A stretch of 64,000 nt of DNA. It comes from Adineta vaga. Taxonomy: Eukaryota; Animalia; Rotifera. A program made the translations under genes and the position numbers. Location: the NCBI GenBank assembly GCA_021613535.1, contig CP075493.1, positions 12,400,001 through 12,464,000 of the forward strand, given 5' to 3'. Positions 1 through 12,633 of the stretch are shown here, piece after piece (within the stretch, counting starts at the first letter, position 1; each line of letters begins with the position of its first letter). The notes beneath the pieces were generated by a model. It was not told where the DNA came from and searched no databases. It saw only the letters and a list, made by a program, of their open reading frames with translations.

Positions 1-3
1 ACA

Positions 4-2277
4 ATGCAATTTATACCATCAACGATAGTTACTATTTCTTTGCCGTTATTGACTGCATTGGTTGTTGCATTTGTCGTTGTTCTCTCACTAATTCCAACTT
101 ATCTTCAAAATAATGCCAGTTTTCCTACGTTCAATCAAAGTAATTTTATTTTTTATCATTTTATTTTACTCAATATGCTATATTATTGTATTGTATTAGA
201 TACCGTTATTTTATCAGTTACATACAAAACAAATTTATTAAATCAAAGTTCAATTAAAATAATAGATCGAATTACATTAAATGATCAGGTATATGTCATA
301 TTAGTTTTTTGCCATGCATCCGAAATATATACATTCTTATTCAATTTTTCAGTTGTCACAGTTATTTCGTTTACAACATCTCAATCTATCGATCATTTCT
401 TATGGTTTTACTTCAAAAGATATAACATCAAAAGCTTCTCTAAAGAAAAGGTAAATAAAACTAGACTGAATTCATCTTGATATAAGTTTTTATTTTTCCG
501 AAGTATTGATTCAATTCAATGTGCAGATGGCTCATCATCTTCAAATGTTCCACTTAATTTTCGATTTTCTCTCACACCTACTCGAAGGCAAATCACAAAT
601 TATCAATGGGAACAGTATTTAACTAAACTGCAAGAAAATATTCAAACTAATTACAAACAATTCGATATCACAATGTTATCTACTGATAACAAGACAGTAC
701 CTGTTCAATTGGAATTCTGTTCATTACAGAAACTTTCAGCCGATGCAACAACAACATTAATCACCGATAAAATCAGGTTTTTATATTTTGATTTTTACAA
801 ACATCACATTAATCATTCAATGTTTAGACTAGATTGTCCATTAGTTATATTAGGTGCTGGTGTAGGTGGATCACACAGTGCATATCGATTAGCTCCAACT
901 TATAAGAACAAATTATGTATATTTGAACGTGAAAGTTATATCGGTGGTCGACTTTATGATATTGATTATAATGGAAATCTTGTTGAAATCTATTCAACAA
1001 ATCCAATAATACCAATGGGTGGTATGAGATTCTATGAAAAACAACCTGTTGTTAAACAATTAGTCGATGAATTAAATATATCCTATTATCAATATGATTA
1101 TCAAACTACTATGATTAAAGCACGAGGAAAATTTTATACATCTTATAATGAAATGTGTTCAAAATCATATACAGATTTAGTTTGTACAGATGATACAAAT
1201 GGCTTCAATGTTCAAGATCAATTATGGAATAAATTATTAGAAGAATACGGAAAAAATTCTTTCAATTCATATCAATTTGCTGATGTCAATGCATTTTGTC
1301 GTTATCTTCTTGGTGATGAAGGAACAGATTATTTAAAAGATTCATTTCGCTTTCGAGCTGATTTTCTCAGTACAGATGTTAGTTCTTATATGGAATTTTT
1401 AAAGCAAGATTTCAATCTTAATCAACCAATTTATTATCCTCATCAAGGTTTATCAGAAATAGTTAAACGAATGATTTCTAATGCAACAAATCTAAATAAC
1501 GCTCAATTATATTTAAATGAACCTGTTATTGAAATCAATGAAAACATTGATCAAAGTTTTACTATTAAAACAACAAATTATCAAATCATAAGTCAACAAT
1601 TAATAATCGCAATACCTCCAATTGGTTGGAAAGATATTCAAGGTTCAATTGCTAATGAGATTAAATCTAGTAAATATTTTCAATCGATTTTACCTATAAG
1701 AACAATCATTATTGTGAATTTTTGGCCAAATAGATGGTGGGAAAATAGTTTAGTATTTGGTAAAGCTGTTGATCGTGCTTGGACAAGACAGAATTGTATA
1801 AGTTTCATTGAAATTATATCTCAACATCCAGCGAAAAAAGAACTTAATGCAACAAAAACAGTTTATGATGATGGATTATGTGTTGATATGTGGTTAACAT
1901 TAATTGCTCGATCATCACAAGATGATTTAGTTGAAGAATTATTAAGAGGATTGAGAGGATTATTTATTGATGTTGAAATACCAAGACCATTGAAAACGTT
2001 GACTAAATTATGGCCTGGTGCTTGGCATTTTCAAAAATCAAATAGTAATGTTACGAATAAAGAAATTAGAAGTTGGGCTTTAAAACCTATAACAAAATAT
2101 GATAAATATCGAATTAGTTTAGTTGGTGAAGCATTCGATATTGATCGATCTGGTTGGATTGATGGAGCTATCAAATCTTCATTATTATCACTTTATTCAC
2201 AATTTAATTTTCAAAATATTTGCTATCAAAACGATGCTGCTATTAATGGAAATTATTGTACAGAAAATTTTATTTAG
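4..2277 (+). CDS. Flavin-dependent amine/L-amino-acid oxidase-like protein with N-terminal transmembrane anchor (5 exons)
   Basis: GAGVGG FAD-binding motif, ERESYIGGR, MGGMRF and C-terminal GEAF..GWIDGAI. Predicted introns 140-199, 289-352, 451-503 and 777-827 join ORF 4-480 to ORF 673-2277. Confidence 0.8.
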
Positions 2278-2397
2278 TTCTTTTTTATATTTTTGTGAAA
2301 GACAAAACTTGAGGAGAAGTATCGTATTTTCACTTTAGCTGTAGCAATGAAAGAATTGAATCACGTGCATGTCCATTATCCTCACGAATCGTCTTAA

Positions 2398-2664
2398 CCC
2401 TTTCAATCCCGCATGACATCCAGTAGATGTCATATAGAACGCAAAAGATTTTGTTTCGTTCTTTCGTCGTCCTAGAAGACGAATACCATCTGATGTTCAA
2501 TCGAATTATCACACATGGTTCTTCTTATAACAGCGACTTCTTGTTTTTTCTAATAACTTAATAATTACACTAGATTTAAATACAGCTGATTGAACGCAAG
2601 ACAGAGATTTCTTTTTTTTTTTCGTGCTTGAGCAGAACGCAAGAAAATCTCGGTATTGAAAGGG
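2398..2664. mobile_element. Non-autonomous piggyBac-type MITE (267 bp)
   Basis: TTAA on both flanks; TIR CCCTTTCAATCCCG / CGGTATTGAAAGGG (13/14 match). Confidence 0.85.
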
Positions 2665-3455
2665 TTAAAAGTACAGATCAATGCTCGTCAACAAACATAA
2701 TTACACTAAGATCCATCAGAATAGGATTTCGTGTATATTGTTTGTACACTGTAGTCATCAGTGATCTATCTATATCGTTCTCAAGTCTTTTGAGAAAATG
2801 ATTCCAATCATCAACAGGAAATAAATTCTCCATTTGATAAGCTTCTTAAATATTGTATTGATTTTGTATTATTGTCCTATTATAGAAGTTCGATCGTTGC
2901 CGTCTTGAGCGTGAAGATATGGATGACAATGTATGAAGAGAATAACGACGACACCCACACCTTTTTTTTTATCTACGACCAAATTCAAAATATTTTAACA
3001 TTTTTTTTACCTTCTGTAATAGAAAAGATCAAAGGTTCAAGATCCTTTTCTATTAAGGTCAATGTACAAATCTACACGATGTCTAATAAATCTACATTCA
3101 AGTGTAAATTACTTAGATGATTTAATTAATATGCTTGAAAAACAAAATAGAATCCTTTTCGCCTCTTCAACACGGAATATTTTTTATTAATCGCTTTAAC
3201 ATAATTTCTTGACAGTTCTTCGAGTGAAGGACATTTCAGAAATAAATTACCTGTCAAATAAACTAAAAGAATATTATCTTTTCAATGTTAAAGCTTTGCT
3301 CGAAGTTTATTATTAATTATCAAACGAGTTTCTACTGCTACTAAGAAATCTATTTAATCTTCATAATCATAGAATCCATGTTAGAAGTTTTTGTGTGAGT
3401 TTTACTTCAACAAAAAAATCTGGCATTGCATTACTAGATATTTCCTCTTTTATCG

Positions 3456-4484
3456 ATGAATAATATCGCAATTGAACCATTGGTATTCAACGTTAAAAAT
3501 TTGACATGTACAAGACCTCTTTTATGGAGTCAAGCCGCGACAGAGAGTCGAGCAGCTCGACTTTATGTTTGCATAATTGCTGCTATCATACATTCAATAT
3601 TCTGGCTTCAACTCGCTTTTTGTTCTTCTATTCGACTAAGATCATTGCAATGGATTTATGCTTATCTTGTTACTGACCTCCTTCTTCTCTTTCGATTTTT
3701 CTTTCTCTACGTGATCGGCACCAGATCATTTGAATGTGAACCAAGTCAATTTTCGCTGTTATTTATCTGCATTATTCAAGCGACAATTGACAATTATCTC
3801 AATATAATTGAAATTTATATTATTTTGGCTTTAAATGTATGTCGTTATGTGCAAATAGCATACAATAAAGATGTTTATCGACTATATACCAAACAACTTA
3901 TTTTAGCCCACTTAATCGTTTATTTACTACCACTATTTATTTTGGCAATCCAATTTCCTCTTGGTTGGGCTATATTAGTAAAATCAGTTGATGAGTCTTG
4001 CGATGTTCGATATTCAAGTATTTATACACAAATGATGAATGTAATTTTTGCCTTTGTCCTTCCTATTATTCTGAACATCTTAGTGCTTTATATTAGTGCT
4101 CGTCGTGTTCGTTTAGCAACAACTTTGCAAAGAATACAGCATCATGTTTCTGCTCGTGAAAAATATAATCGTTCATTAGTTATCCAATTTCTTCTTTTTT
4201 ACACTTTTTGGCTTATGCTTTGGTCACCAAATGTGATTATTTATCAAGTAACAAGTACCATCACTGAGGGAACAAATATTGTTCGATTAATTAATTTTAC
4301 TGAAATAGCCTTAGATCCATTTATCATTGGAGCATTGGATGTTCGTTTTTGGCAAGCGTGGAAAAACGTTTGGGCACATGTAAAGCGTAGTAGACTTTGT
4401 AATCAACATAATCAACGACAAATTCAACCTACGGATGGACACGTTAATACGATCTCGCTTAGAACACCACGACAGCAAACTTAG
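3456..4484 (+). CDS. Rhodopsin-like 7TM orphan GPCR
   Basis: Intronless 342 aa ORF, seven hydrophobic helices, LNVCRY at the DRY position, LDPFI in TM7. Confidence 0.8.
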   Translation: MNNIAIEPLVFNVKNLTCTRPLLWSQAATESRAARLYVCIIAAIIHSIFWLQLAFCSSIRLRSLQWIYAYLVTDLLLLFRFFFLYVIGTRSFECEPSQFSLLFICIIQATIDNYLNIIEIYIILALNVCRYVQIAYNKDVYRLYTKQLILAHLIVYLLPLFILAIQFPLGWAILVKSVDESCDVRYSSIYTQMMNVIFAFVLPIILNILVLYISARRVRLATTLQRIQHHVSAREKYNRSLVIQFLLFYTFWLMLWSPNVIIYQVTSTITEGTNIVRLINFTEIALDPFIIGALDVRFWQAWKNVWAHVKRSRLCNQHNQRQIQPTDGHVNTISLRTPRQQT

Positions 4485-6873
4485 AGACAAAGCAACTATA
4501 AACTTTCATTTACTGTAACTAAACTTTTTCCACGTACATTTTTTTAATCACTAAATGTATTTTTTAGTCAGCTTGTTCCTCTGTAGTAATCCGTTTTATT
4601 TAAGTAAAGAATGCAAAATTTCCAAACATGCTCTTTACGTACTAACAAGGGAATGTATTCAACTGTCAAATCGCTTCACAAATAAACTTCAGTGGGCCAT
4701 AAGATTATAATTTTTGCTTACGTAAATCAGTTTCTGATGCGCCATACAACGATTCTCTTTATCTTGAAAAGCTTCTGCTGTTGCTATGCCTACTATTTTA
4801 CAGCTCGTATTCTACAAGAAAAGAAAAAGAAGAAAAAGTGTAATAATCTTTTTTTTAATATTTATACTGAATCTATGACGTTTACCATCATTTATTAATT
4901 CCCACACAAGTGGTATTTGAAAACAAACTTGAAGGAAATTCTTGAGGATATGGGTGATAGTAATATCTCATCCTCACACCCTTACCTATACTCCACACCA
5001 ATGTTTTCAAAGATCGTCATTTGTTATATGGACTCAAGATCTGCTCGGCTATTTTACTTTTTCGTCAAATATACAAAGTTAGTTAAGGACGTGTGAATTT
5101 TTGTCACGACCGTATGTCTAAAGTTTAGAACTTAATAAATGTAATTTGTGCTCGCTTAGTCTTCTATCATTGTGTGACAATACAAAATCGTCAAAATATA
5201 ATTTCAGCTTATCTTCTATATTAAAAGTCATGTTGCATTTGTGAAATCCACATGTTGAGTGTGCATGCATAGTTTCAAAGATGTGATGGTAGTTTATTCA
5301 TTTATGGCGCACACACCCTACGAAGTTAACTTGAATATATGATTAAGTTGCTCATATTATATCACCATGAAATTCATTGATTTCAGTTCTCTTATCTACT
5401 ATATAAATGTATGAACGAATTCTGCTATTTTTCGAGTGTAATGTATATGAGCTTTTTATTATGCAATAATCTTGCTGTATCTGTTCATATCATGAAGCTA
5501 TTTTGATTTCAACTCAATACTCGTTTCAACTAAAAATAAAAGACATTTTTCATTTCATTATCTACTATTGTATGTACAGGTAAGAACAGTGTTTGATATC
5601 TTGATTGTAAACTATACAAAACCGTTTTTTTGGTCTTTAATGAAATACGCATTATCTTAACTGTCACTCGTTCATAATTTATATCGTTAGATTCTTTTTC
5701 ATAGGATGATTCATTATTTAACAATTATCTGTTTTCTCAGTATGCAGATCGAAGTATTGTCGGGAGAAGATAATGTTCAACTAGTTCCAGCTGAATGTAT
5801 CTCATCATTATGCTATATACTCAAATATATATCAAGCTCATTGATAGCTGTTATATGTATATGGTACTTATCTCCAGTACTTGTTGTCTTTTTATTCTTT
5901 TGTGTTATGGACTTGTTACTACACTAACACCACCACAAATATCTCAGGAACGTTCAGAATGTAGAAATGAACAAAGAAAAACATGCATCTGTAGGATTTC
6001 GGTCTGTTCACACACGCAAATTTCAAGTATCAGACGTATTCGAATTAATCAAAGTAGAAGACAATGTCATTTGAGTTTATTTGTACAAGCAAATCATTGT
6101 ACAGGGGAAAAATACTAGCAAGTGAAACCGATAAGAACGGTATTTATGTTTTTAGTAATTTTTCTCTTGCAAGATATTCGATCATTATTATAAATATCTT
6201 CAGATGACAGAATATGCGAGTCCGCCTCTATATATGTCTAGAACAATAGACTTGTTCTCATTGTGGTATCTTTATTCTGTTCCGGGTTTGTGTATTTGAC
6301 TTATAAACTCAGCTGTGGTTATAAATCTACAGTAAAAAAGAAATCTGTTAATTTAAACGATATCTTTCAATCAGGACAGTAGTTCATTCGATATTTTCAG
6401 CATGATACATGTCACGCATCTCATTTATGTAGAATCACTTTCGATATGGATTAGAAGACTTTCCCAGGACATGGTATGGATGAGGCTGGAAAACTTCATT
6501 TAACTGGTCACATTACCATCATACCTTCAACGGCGAATTTAATAAAAATATATACAAAATAATAATCATAAAGAAGAAAACTTTGAATATGAATTTCACA
6601 TTAATTTAAAATGGAACAAAGAAAGACATGTATTTGTAGGAAAATGGTTAAGCGAGTTAAACGAATGCTAAGAAGATGGCTTGTATGAATTAATGAAAAT
6701 GCAACACCATCAATGGAATAGACATACAAAAAAAGATAAAAATACAGTTGTTTAGAAATAAATTACTCTATAAATAGTTCTGATATATAGGTAAACATAT
6801 TGAAAAAAAACTTTGAACGAAATCTTCACTCACACCACACAGTATAGTTCGTATTACTTTACGATGATTTATT

Positions 6874-8326
6874 CTACTTGTGATTCTTTTCTAAATCTTC
6901 AACCGGACAAATACCATTTCCTCCAATAAATTTCTTAGATCGAAAACATGATAATTGAGATAATTTCTGAGTAACCATGGATACGTAACAATGTGGATAG
7001 ATAGGAAAGAAACCATAATTATCATCCATAGTTTTTAATGGACCATTCATCGATGAAAACGTTTGAAATAGAGATAAAAATCCAAAGATCAACAATGATA
7101 TTAGCAAATATGTTTCATGATATTTGACAAATATATGTAGATAAGTATCGTACAAAACCCACCAACCACGCCAAACAAATAAACATGATGCAAAAGCTAA
7201 TGCATGAATAAAATTTCGATGAAATTGAGGAAAATTTGATAAAAACATCATCCAAAATTTATTTGTCCAATTGGATTGTTCAAAATAATATTGACAATAC
7301 ATTAGCAGGAAATAAAGTGGATAACCAATCACCAGACAAATCCAAACTGATTTATCCTGTGCATCTGGATATAGATATTGATCAAGAATAACATAAAAAC
7401 CATGCCATACAATAATCGTCATATTAGAAATAATAAGTTCATATAATATGAAATTCATCAAATTCACTTTCCATCGTTTCGTCTTTGAAAACGAAATTCT
7501 TCATCAATATCTATTTTATTTCATACAAGAACAAACTTACCTGTTCTGTTGCAAGTGGACATTCGAATTGAATGCAATATTCAATAGAATCATAGCAAAC
7601 AACAAATGGAGAACAAACTAAATCTGATAAAGTTCCAGTAAGCGCAATCAATGCAAAGGCAGATGCTAATGAGAAAACCAACATAAATCCCCAATCTTGA
7701 GAAGTATATTGATCTAAAATCGTCCACATCATTTCCCATTGAATAATATATAAAAATGCTAAGATGAAGATATGAATTTTCGTCAGAAGAATTCGAATAA
7801 TAGTCCTTTGTTTTTTGAGAAAATTATAAAAGATATCTTGACCAAGATACAAAATGAGAAATAAAATTGCATCGATCACATACGGAACAACTAATGATTC
7901 AGGAGAATAAGTACCATATCCAAGTTCACTATAATCTACTCCATCAAGATTATATGCCAATGCATAACCATTCAATGCATTTAGCATAGTAATAATAAGA
8001 TTCCATCCACAATCCCAAAAGAGAACCAACAATGGAAATAGAAGACAACCAGTAATAATCGGTTCAATTATGAATAGTATCAGATAAGCACCTTTTGGTT
8101 TAATACTCGCTTCATTAGTTTTATTATCAGTTATAGAAATGATGGGCATTAGACGACGTCGATTGGTACTACCATGAGCTGTAGGAAGAGCTTGTGATAG
8201 CTGAGTATCGATAACTTGAACGCACGGTTGATTTATCTCGTCATTATCGAAATGTTTCGAAATAATCGAAAATCGACGTGGAGCATTATTCGAAAGATTC
8301 AGCATAGGAGTTTTGCCATCAATCAT
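6874..8326 (-). CDS. Fuseless-like multi-pass membrane protein, copy 1 (2 exons, intron 7483-7540)
   Basis: Repeated W..W..LD.Y motifs (FWDCGW, WEMMWTILDQY, VWRGWWVLYDTYL); a phase-0 GT-AG intron joins the two ORFs. Confidence 0.75.
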
Positions 8327-8963
8327 TTTAGAAGAAATGATAAATTAAAGTTCTCGGCTAATCGAGTTCATCAACAAAAAAAGGACATGTTTAGATTGTT
8401 AAATAAATATACCAAAAACGGAGAAAGAAAACTTAATGAATCAAGGTTCACTTACAAATATGGGTACTGATAGTTTTGTTTAATATTCTTTGTGCATCAT
8501 CTATTTTTGATTGTATAGAATTGATGGAATGAATCGATTCGATACTAATGTGAAAACTTCGATGGTTTCAATTCGACCAGAATTCGATCCGGATCGGTGT
8601 ACGCAGGAGCAATCAAACTTTTACATCTTCATTTGTGTAGCTTATTGAAGGAAAATGCTTGCCGATTTTATCGTCCTGATTTTTATATTATGTTGATCAG
8701 AGACAAGTAAACATTATATTCATTAAAATTTATCGTTTCTCTCGTGTTTATATTTTGCCGTTGTTTTGATGCTATTTACTTGACAATATAAGAAAAAAGA
8801 AAGTTTTTTTTTATTTATTTATAATAAAAAATAAATGAAGAGAGAGTTTTCTTAGTTACTTGTAATTACCGTTAGTCTCCAGTATGTTAAACATGAATAA
8901 AAAATCAACAAGTGAAGATAAAAGTGACTAGCGAATGTTACTAGTAAACAAGTTTTGGTTGTA

Positions 8964-10241
8964 AGGTGCCGGCAAAGCGAAATTCAAGTGAAAGTTTTTT
9001 TTTGTCTCTTTTTACACCATCTTATAGAGTTTTGTCTCCTGATCACGAATATCTACTTTTTATCCTTTTTAGCAAAATCTTCCTTCCGGCCGAAAAAGGC
9101 GAAATACTTCTGGAAAGTCACTACCGAATAAAAGTACGTCTTTTCACGAAGTATGCCATCTTTTCTGTTTTGTCTTATATTTCCGATCTTACTGATTTTT
9201 TCTGATTCAGCAACATCAGCTGAGTCTAAAAACGGTTTTAGATCGACTCCAGAATCAAAACTGTGCATGTGATGACGCATCAAATGACGCCAATTTAACC
9301 TCCAGGAGGTCAATTTTGTAAAGCTATCTCGTTTTGATACCAGGCAAAAAGTCACCTATCGATTTTGTGTCATTTCCATTTCTTTTGTCCAAAAGCCTGG
9401 TTTTTCTGAAACCAACATGATTTTTGATAGTAACGAGGCTTTTTTAATTCAAAAAAGAATTTTATTTACAAACCAAATACAGATTCTGAATCAGCACTAA
9501 AAACCGCATGGAATGAATCATGTTTTGAACCATTTTAAACACTTTCATTTTTTCATGTTTTTGATGATATGACTAAATGACTAAAATTTTTGCATAAAGG
9601 TTAAAAAATGAAAGTGTTTAAAGTGGTTCAAAACATGATTCATTCGATGCAGTTTTTAGTTCTGATTCCGAATCTGTGTTTGGTTTGTAAATAAAATTCT
9701 TTTTTGAATTAAAAAAGCCTCGTTACTATCAAAAATCATGTTGGTTTCAGAAAAACCAAGCTTTTGGACAAAAGAAATGGAAATGACACAAAATCGATAC
9801 GTAACTATCTGCCTGGTATCAAAACGAGTCGAATTAGATAAAATATTCGACTCTATCACATACGTAGAAAAACTAGATAGCTTTACAAAATCGATCTCTA
9901 AGTGGTGAAATCAGTGCGATTTGAAGCACTCTCATCAACACAATTTTGATGCTAGCATCGATCTGAAATCGGTTATGGACTCAGCTTATGATGCCAAATC
10001 AGGATAAAGTAGTTTGAAAATGAAAAACATTAGAGAAAATATTTGTTTTTGTGAATTTCTTGAAAGAACGTACGTTTATTAAGTAGTGACTCTCCCGAAA
10101 TATTTCCCATTTTTCCACTGGAAGGAAGATTTTGCTTAGGCTAAAAAGTAGATATTCGTGATCAGCATGCAAAACTTTACCAGATGATGTAAAAAAGACG
10201 GCAAAAAAAAATTTCACTGGAAGTTTGAATTGCCTGCACCT
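8964..10241. mobile_element. Foldback (near-fully palindromic) non-autonomous DNA transposon with TA TSD
   Basis: Termini AGGTGCCGGCAA / TTGCCTGCACCT; arms ~8964-9555 and ~9603-10241; TA duplicated; empty site visible in the duplicate at ~16502. Confidence 0.9.
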
Positions 10242-10781
10242 TATAAAGAAAAACGATCATTTTCATATATATTTTCTTACTGGACCAACTTTATTTTTTT
10301 ACATAAATGACTATTTGACACTTAGCATCGTTGAAATTGTTTACACGATCTTTTCTTTCTCTTCATTTATTGATTATTCAACACTATAGGGACACCATTT
10401 AGATATGATCACTATATGCTTTCGATATAAAATTGTTTGCTTCGTATACTTATCGAACAAGATATGTCTATTGAAAAGAACATATAAATTCCATTCTAGC
10501 ATTGTTTTAAAAGTATTATCTGAATGAATATATTAAACTGTTATTGCAACACACACAAAATAGATCTGTTTTCTTTCAATTATTTTCTCTCACTTATTTT
10601 TTTTTGGCGATAAAACAGACGAAACAATAAATGTGTTCGATCTCTCTTATTTGCTTTCCTTCTTACTTGCGTTATCCCGGACGGACGACGATGGATGAAT
10701 GGCAGAAAAAGTTCATGCACATATGATATAAATTCAGTAACGATTGAATGTTGTTTCATTATCATTATTTGTAACGTAACA

Positions 10782-11486
10782 ATGTCCAGTGAATTGCTTG
10801 AACTTTATCGTGAAGGATCAATGGTCTATAAAGTTCTAACACCGAAACACCGAGATGCAACAGCGGCTGTTCTAGCTCGTGCATTTTGCACAGAACCCGT
10901 ATGTACAGCTATTGCTGATATACGTCCCGAACTGATGACTACTTTTTTGGATTGGTTTCAATTTGTTGATTTTTGGATGGATCATTGCAGTACAAATGGA
11001 CTCAGTGTTATTGCTATTGACGAAGAAAATCATTGTGTAGCAGGTGCCTTCATCGTTCGCGATTTATTCTATTTTCCACCTGGTTTTCTTGAAACTTATA
11101 GTGATGATAAAAATTCATTGACACCTTGGATGCATTTTCTCTTACACCTCGATCTTGAAGCACAAAAAGTTTATCCATCACTTTCCGGTGCTAAATTAGG
11201 TGATGTATGTGATTTATGGTTTCTTGGTGTACATCCTGATTATCGTGGACGTAAAATTGCGAATCACTTAATGCGTTTAGCAGTTCCACTAGTGAAAAGA
11301 GCTGGCTTCAAATTTGCGACGATTGAAGCAACAAGTTCATTTACATCGAAAGCTGCTCTATTCAACAATTTTAAACCTCTTGTTCATGTGAAAGCAAAAG
11401 ATTGGTTATGGAAAGAGAAACCACTCTATGTCAATGCACCATTACCACATGGTATTTGGACCTTTTGGATCAAAGATCTTCTATAA
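10782..11486 (+). CDS. GNAT-family N-acetyltransferase (arylalkylamine NAT-like)
   Basis: FLGVHPDYRGRKIA acetyl-CoA motif A, IEATSSFT, AFCTEP; intronless; likely start MSSELL. Confidence 0.85.
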   Translation: MSSELLELYREGSMVYKVLTPKHRDATAAVLARAFCTEPVCTAIADIRPELMTTFLDWFQFVDFWMDHCSTNGLSVIAIDEENHCVAGAFIVRDLFYFPPGFLETYSDDKNSLTPWMHFLLHLDLEAQKVYPSLSGAKLGDVCDLWFLGVHPDYRGRKIANHLMRLAVPLVKRAGFKFATIEATSSFTSKAALFNNFKPLVHVKAKDWLWKEKPLYVNAPLPHGIWTFWIKDLL

Positions 11487-12312
11487 TGGTATCTGATAAT
11501 AGTATATTCTTATGGTTTTGTTTCGTTGTAATATATGTACAGACAAATTTAAAATAAAAATTAGACTTGATCACGAAACAAGATCGTTTGGTCAGAATCT
11601 AGTATATTAGGCTATTACAAACGTTCTTCTTTTTACATGAAATGATCAGTTACAGTGCCCAGCGTTGTTCGAGAGATCTTCATTTTTAGAACGTAGACAT
11701 GAGTTTGTTCTATATTTGTACTGCAACTTTCACGCATAACTTCAAGATTTATTACTTCTTTTTCATTCTCTATTTGATCCAGAACTTAATTGACATGTTT
11801 TACTAAAAATACTCATAAACGAATAGATTTGTTTTTCAATGTATCTTCTTTTCATATTCCTATAGTTCTCATTAAATTTGATATCGAATAATATTTTCAA
11901 TTAAAACTAATTGTATTCAAGATACTCCATGTGTTTTATTATGATGATAATGCGACGTCGTTCTTTTCAATAACATGTGTTAGTACGAGCACAGTTACTC
12001 ATGACGACAATAAATATACAGTAGTTAGAAAATAATGAGATGTGTTTTATGTATGCATCGAACATGATTGATTTCATCTTAGTTAAAATAAACGATTTCA
12101 GAAATTCATTGGATAAAAGTGAATTTATTTAATTCAGAAAAAAACTATTGATGATAGTGTTAAACATCATGTTACAAGAAAAAAGTCTTTAAAGAATATG
12201 AAGTAGAACTATAGAAGGAGAAAAATAATGCGTAAAATAAGAGAACAAAATAAAAACATAGAAGAGGAAATGGTTAAATAATAAAAATAATCTATTTTTA
12301 CGTTAGTTTTCA

Positions 12313-12633
12313 TTAGTATGGCGATTTACATTTACCAAAACAAGCGATTGATGCAGGTGTATTAGGACATTTCCATGCACTACCCGCGTTGAATGACTGG
12401 CAGAACTTTTTTTGACAATCCATTTTACAATCATTATATTCTTTTATACGTTGTGCTCTACTTTTGGTTTTCCAGGGTGTGAAGAAACTCCAAAATCCTC
12501 TTTCCATCAAGTTTTCTAATGAATCATCATCACCATCAACGTCTGTGTCTTCTACTGGACTTGTTTCAATGCAAATGAGCATCATTGAAATGAATACCAA
12601 GCCACATAATACAAAACGATTTATCACCACCAT
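12313..12633 (-). CDS. Secreted Cys-rich prepropeptide
   Basis: Signal peptide, acidic propiece ending in ER, basic mature region with 6 Cys. Confidence 0.75.
   Translation of the reverse strand: MVVINRFVLCGLVFISMMLICIETSPVEDTDVDGDDDSLENLMERGFWSFFTPWKTKSRAQRIKEYNDCKMDCQKKFCQSFNAGSAWKCPNTPASIACFGKCKSPY

Larger units (their letters stand above)
5501..10322. repeat. Segmental duplication, copy 1 (partner 13113-16583)
   Basis: Blocks 5501-5973, ~6603-8478, 8476-8694, 8899-8963 and 10242-10322 recur in the same orientation at 13113-16583. Confidence 0.9.

Noticed and set aside
5706-6118. Short duplicated ORFs with a signal-peptide-like stretch (also 13317-13627)
   Set aside because: The copies diverge mid-ORF and no domain is recognisable; conservation only reflects the duplication
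6360-6520. Degraded coding-like fragment (FQSGQ*FIRYFQ...GHGMDEAG)
   Set aside because: Multiple stops and too short to assign confidently
8966-10217. Short ORFs inside the foldback element
   Set aside because: Mirror-image spurious frames produced by the palindrome; no transposase motifs
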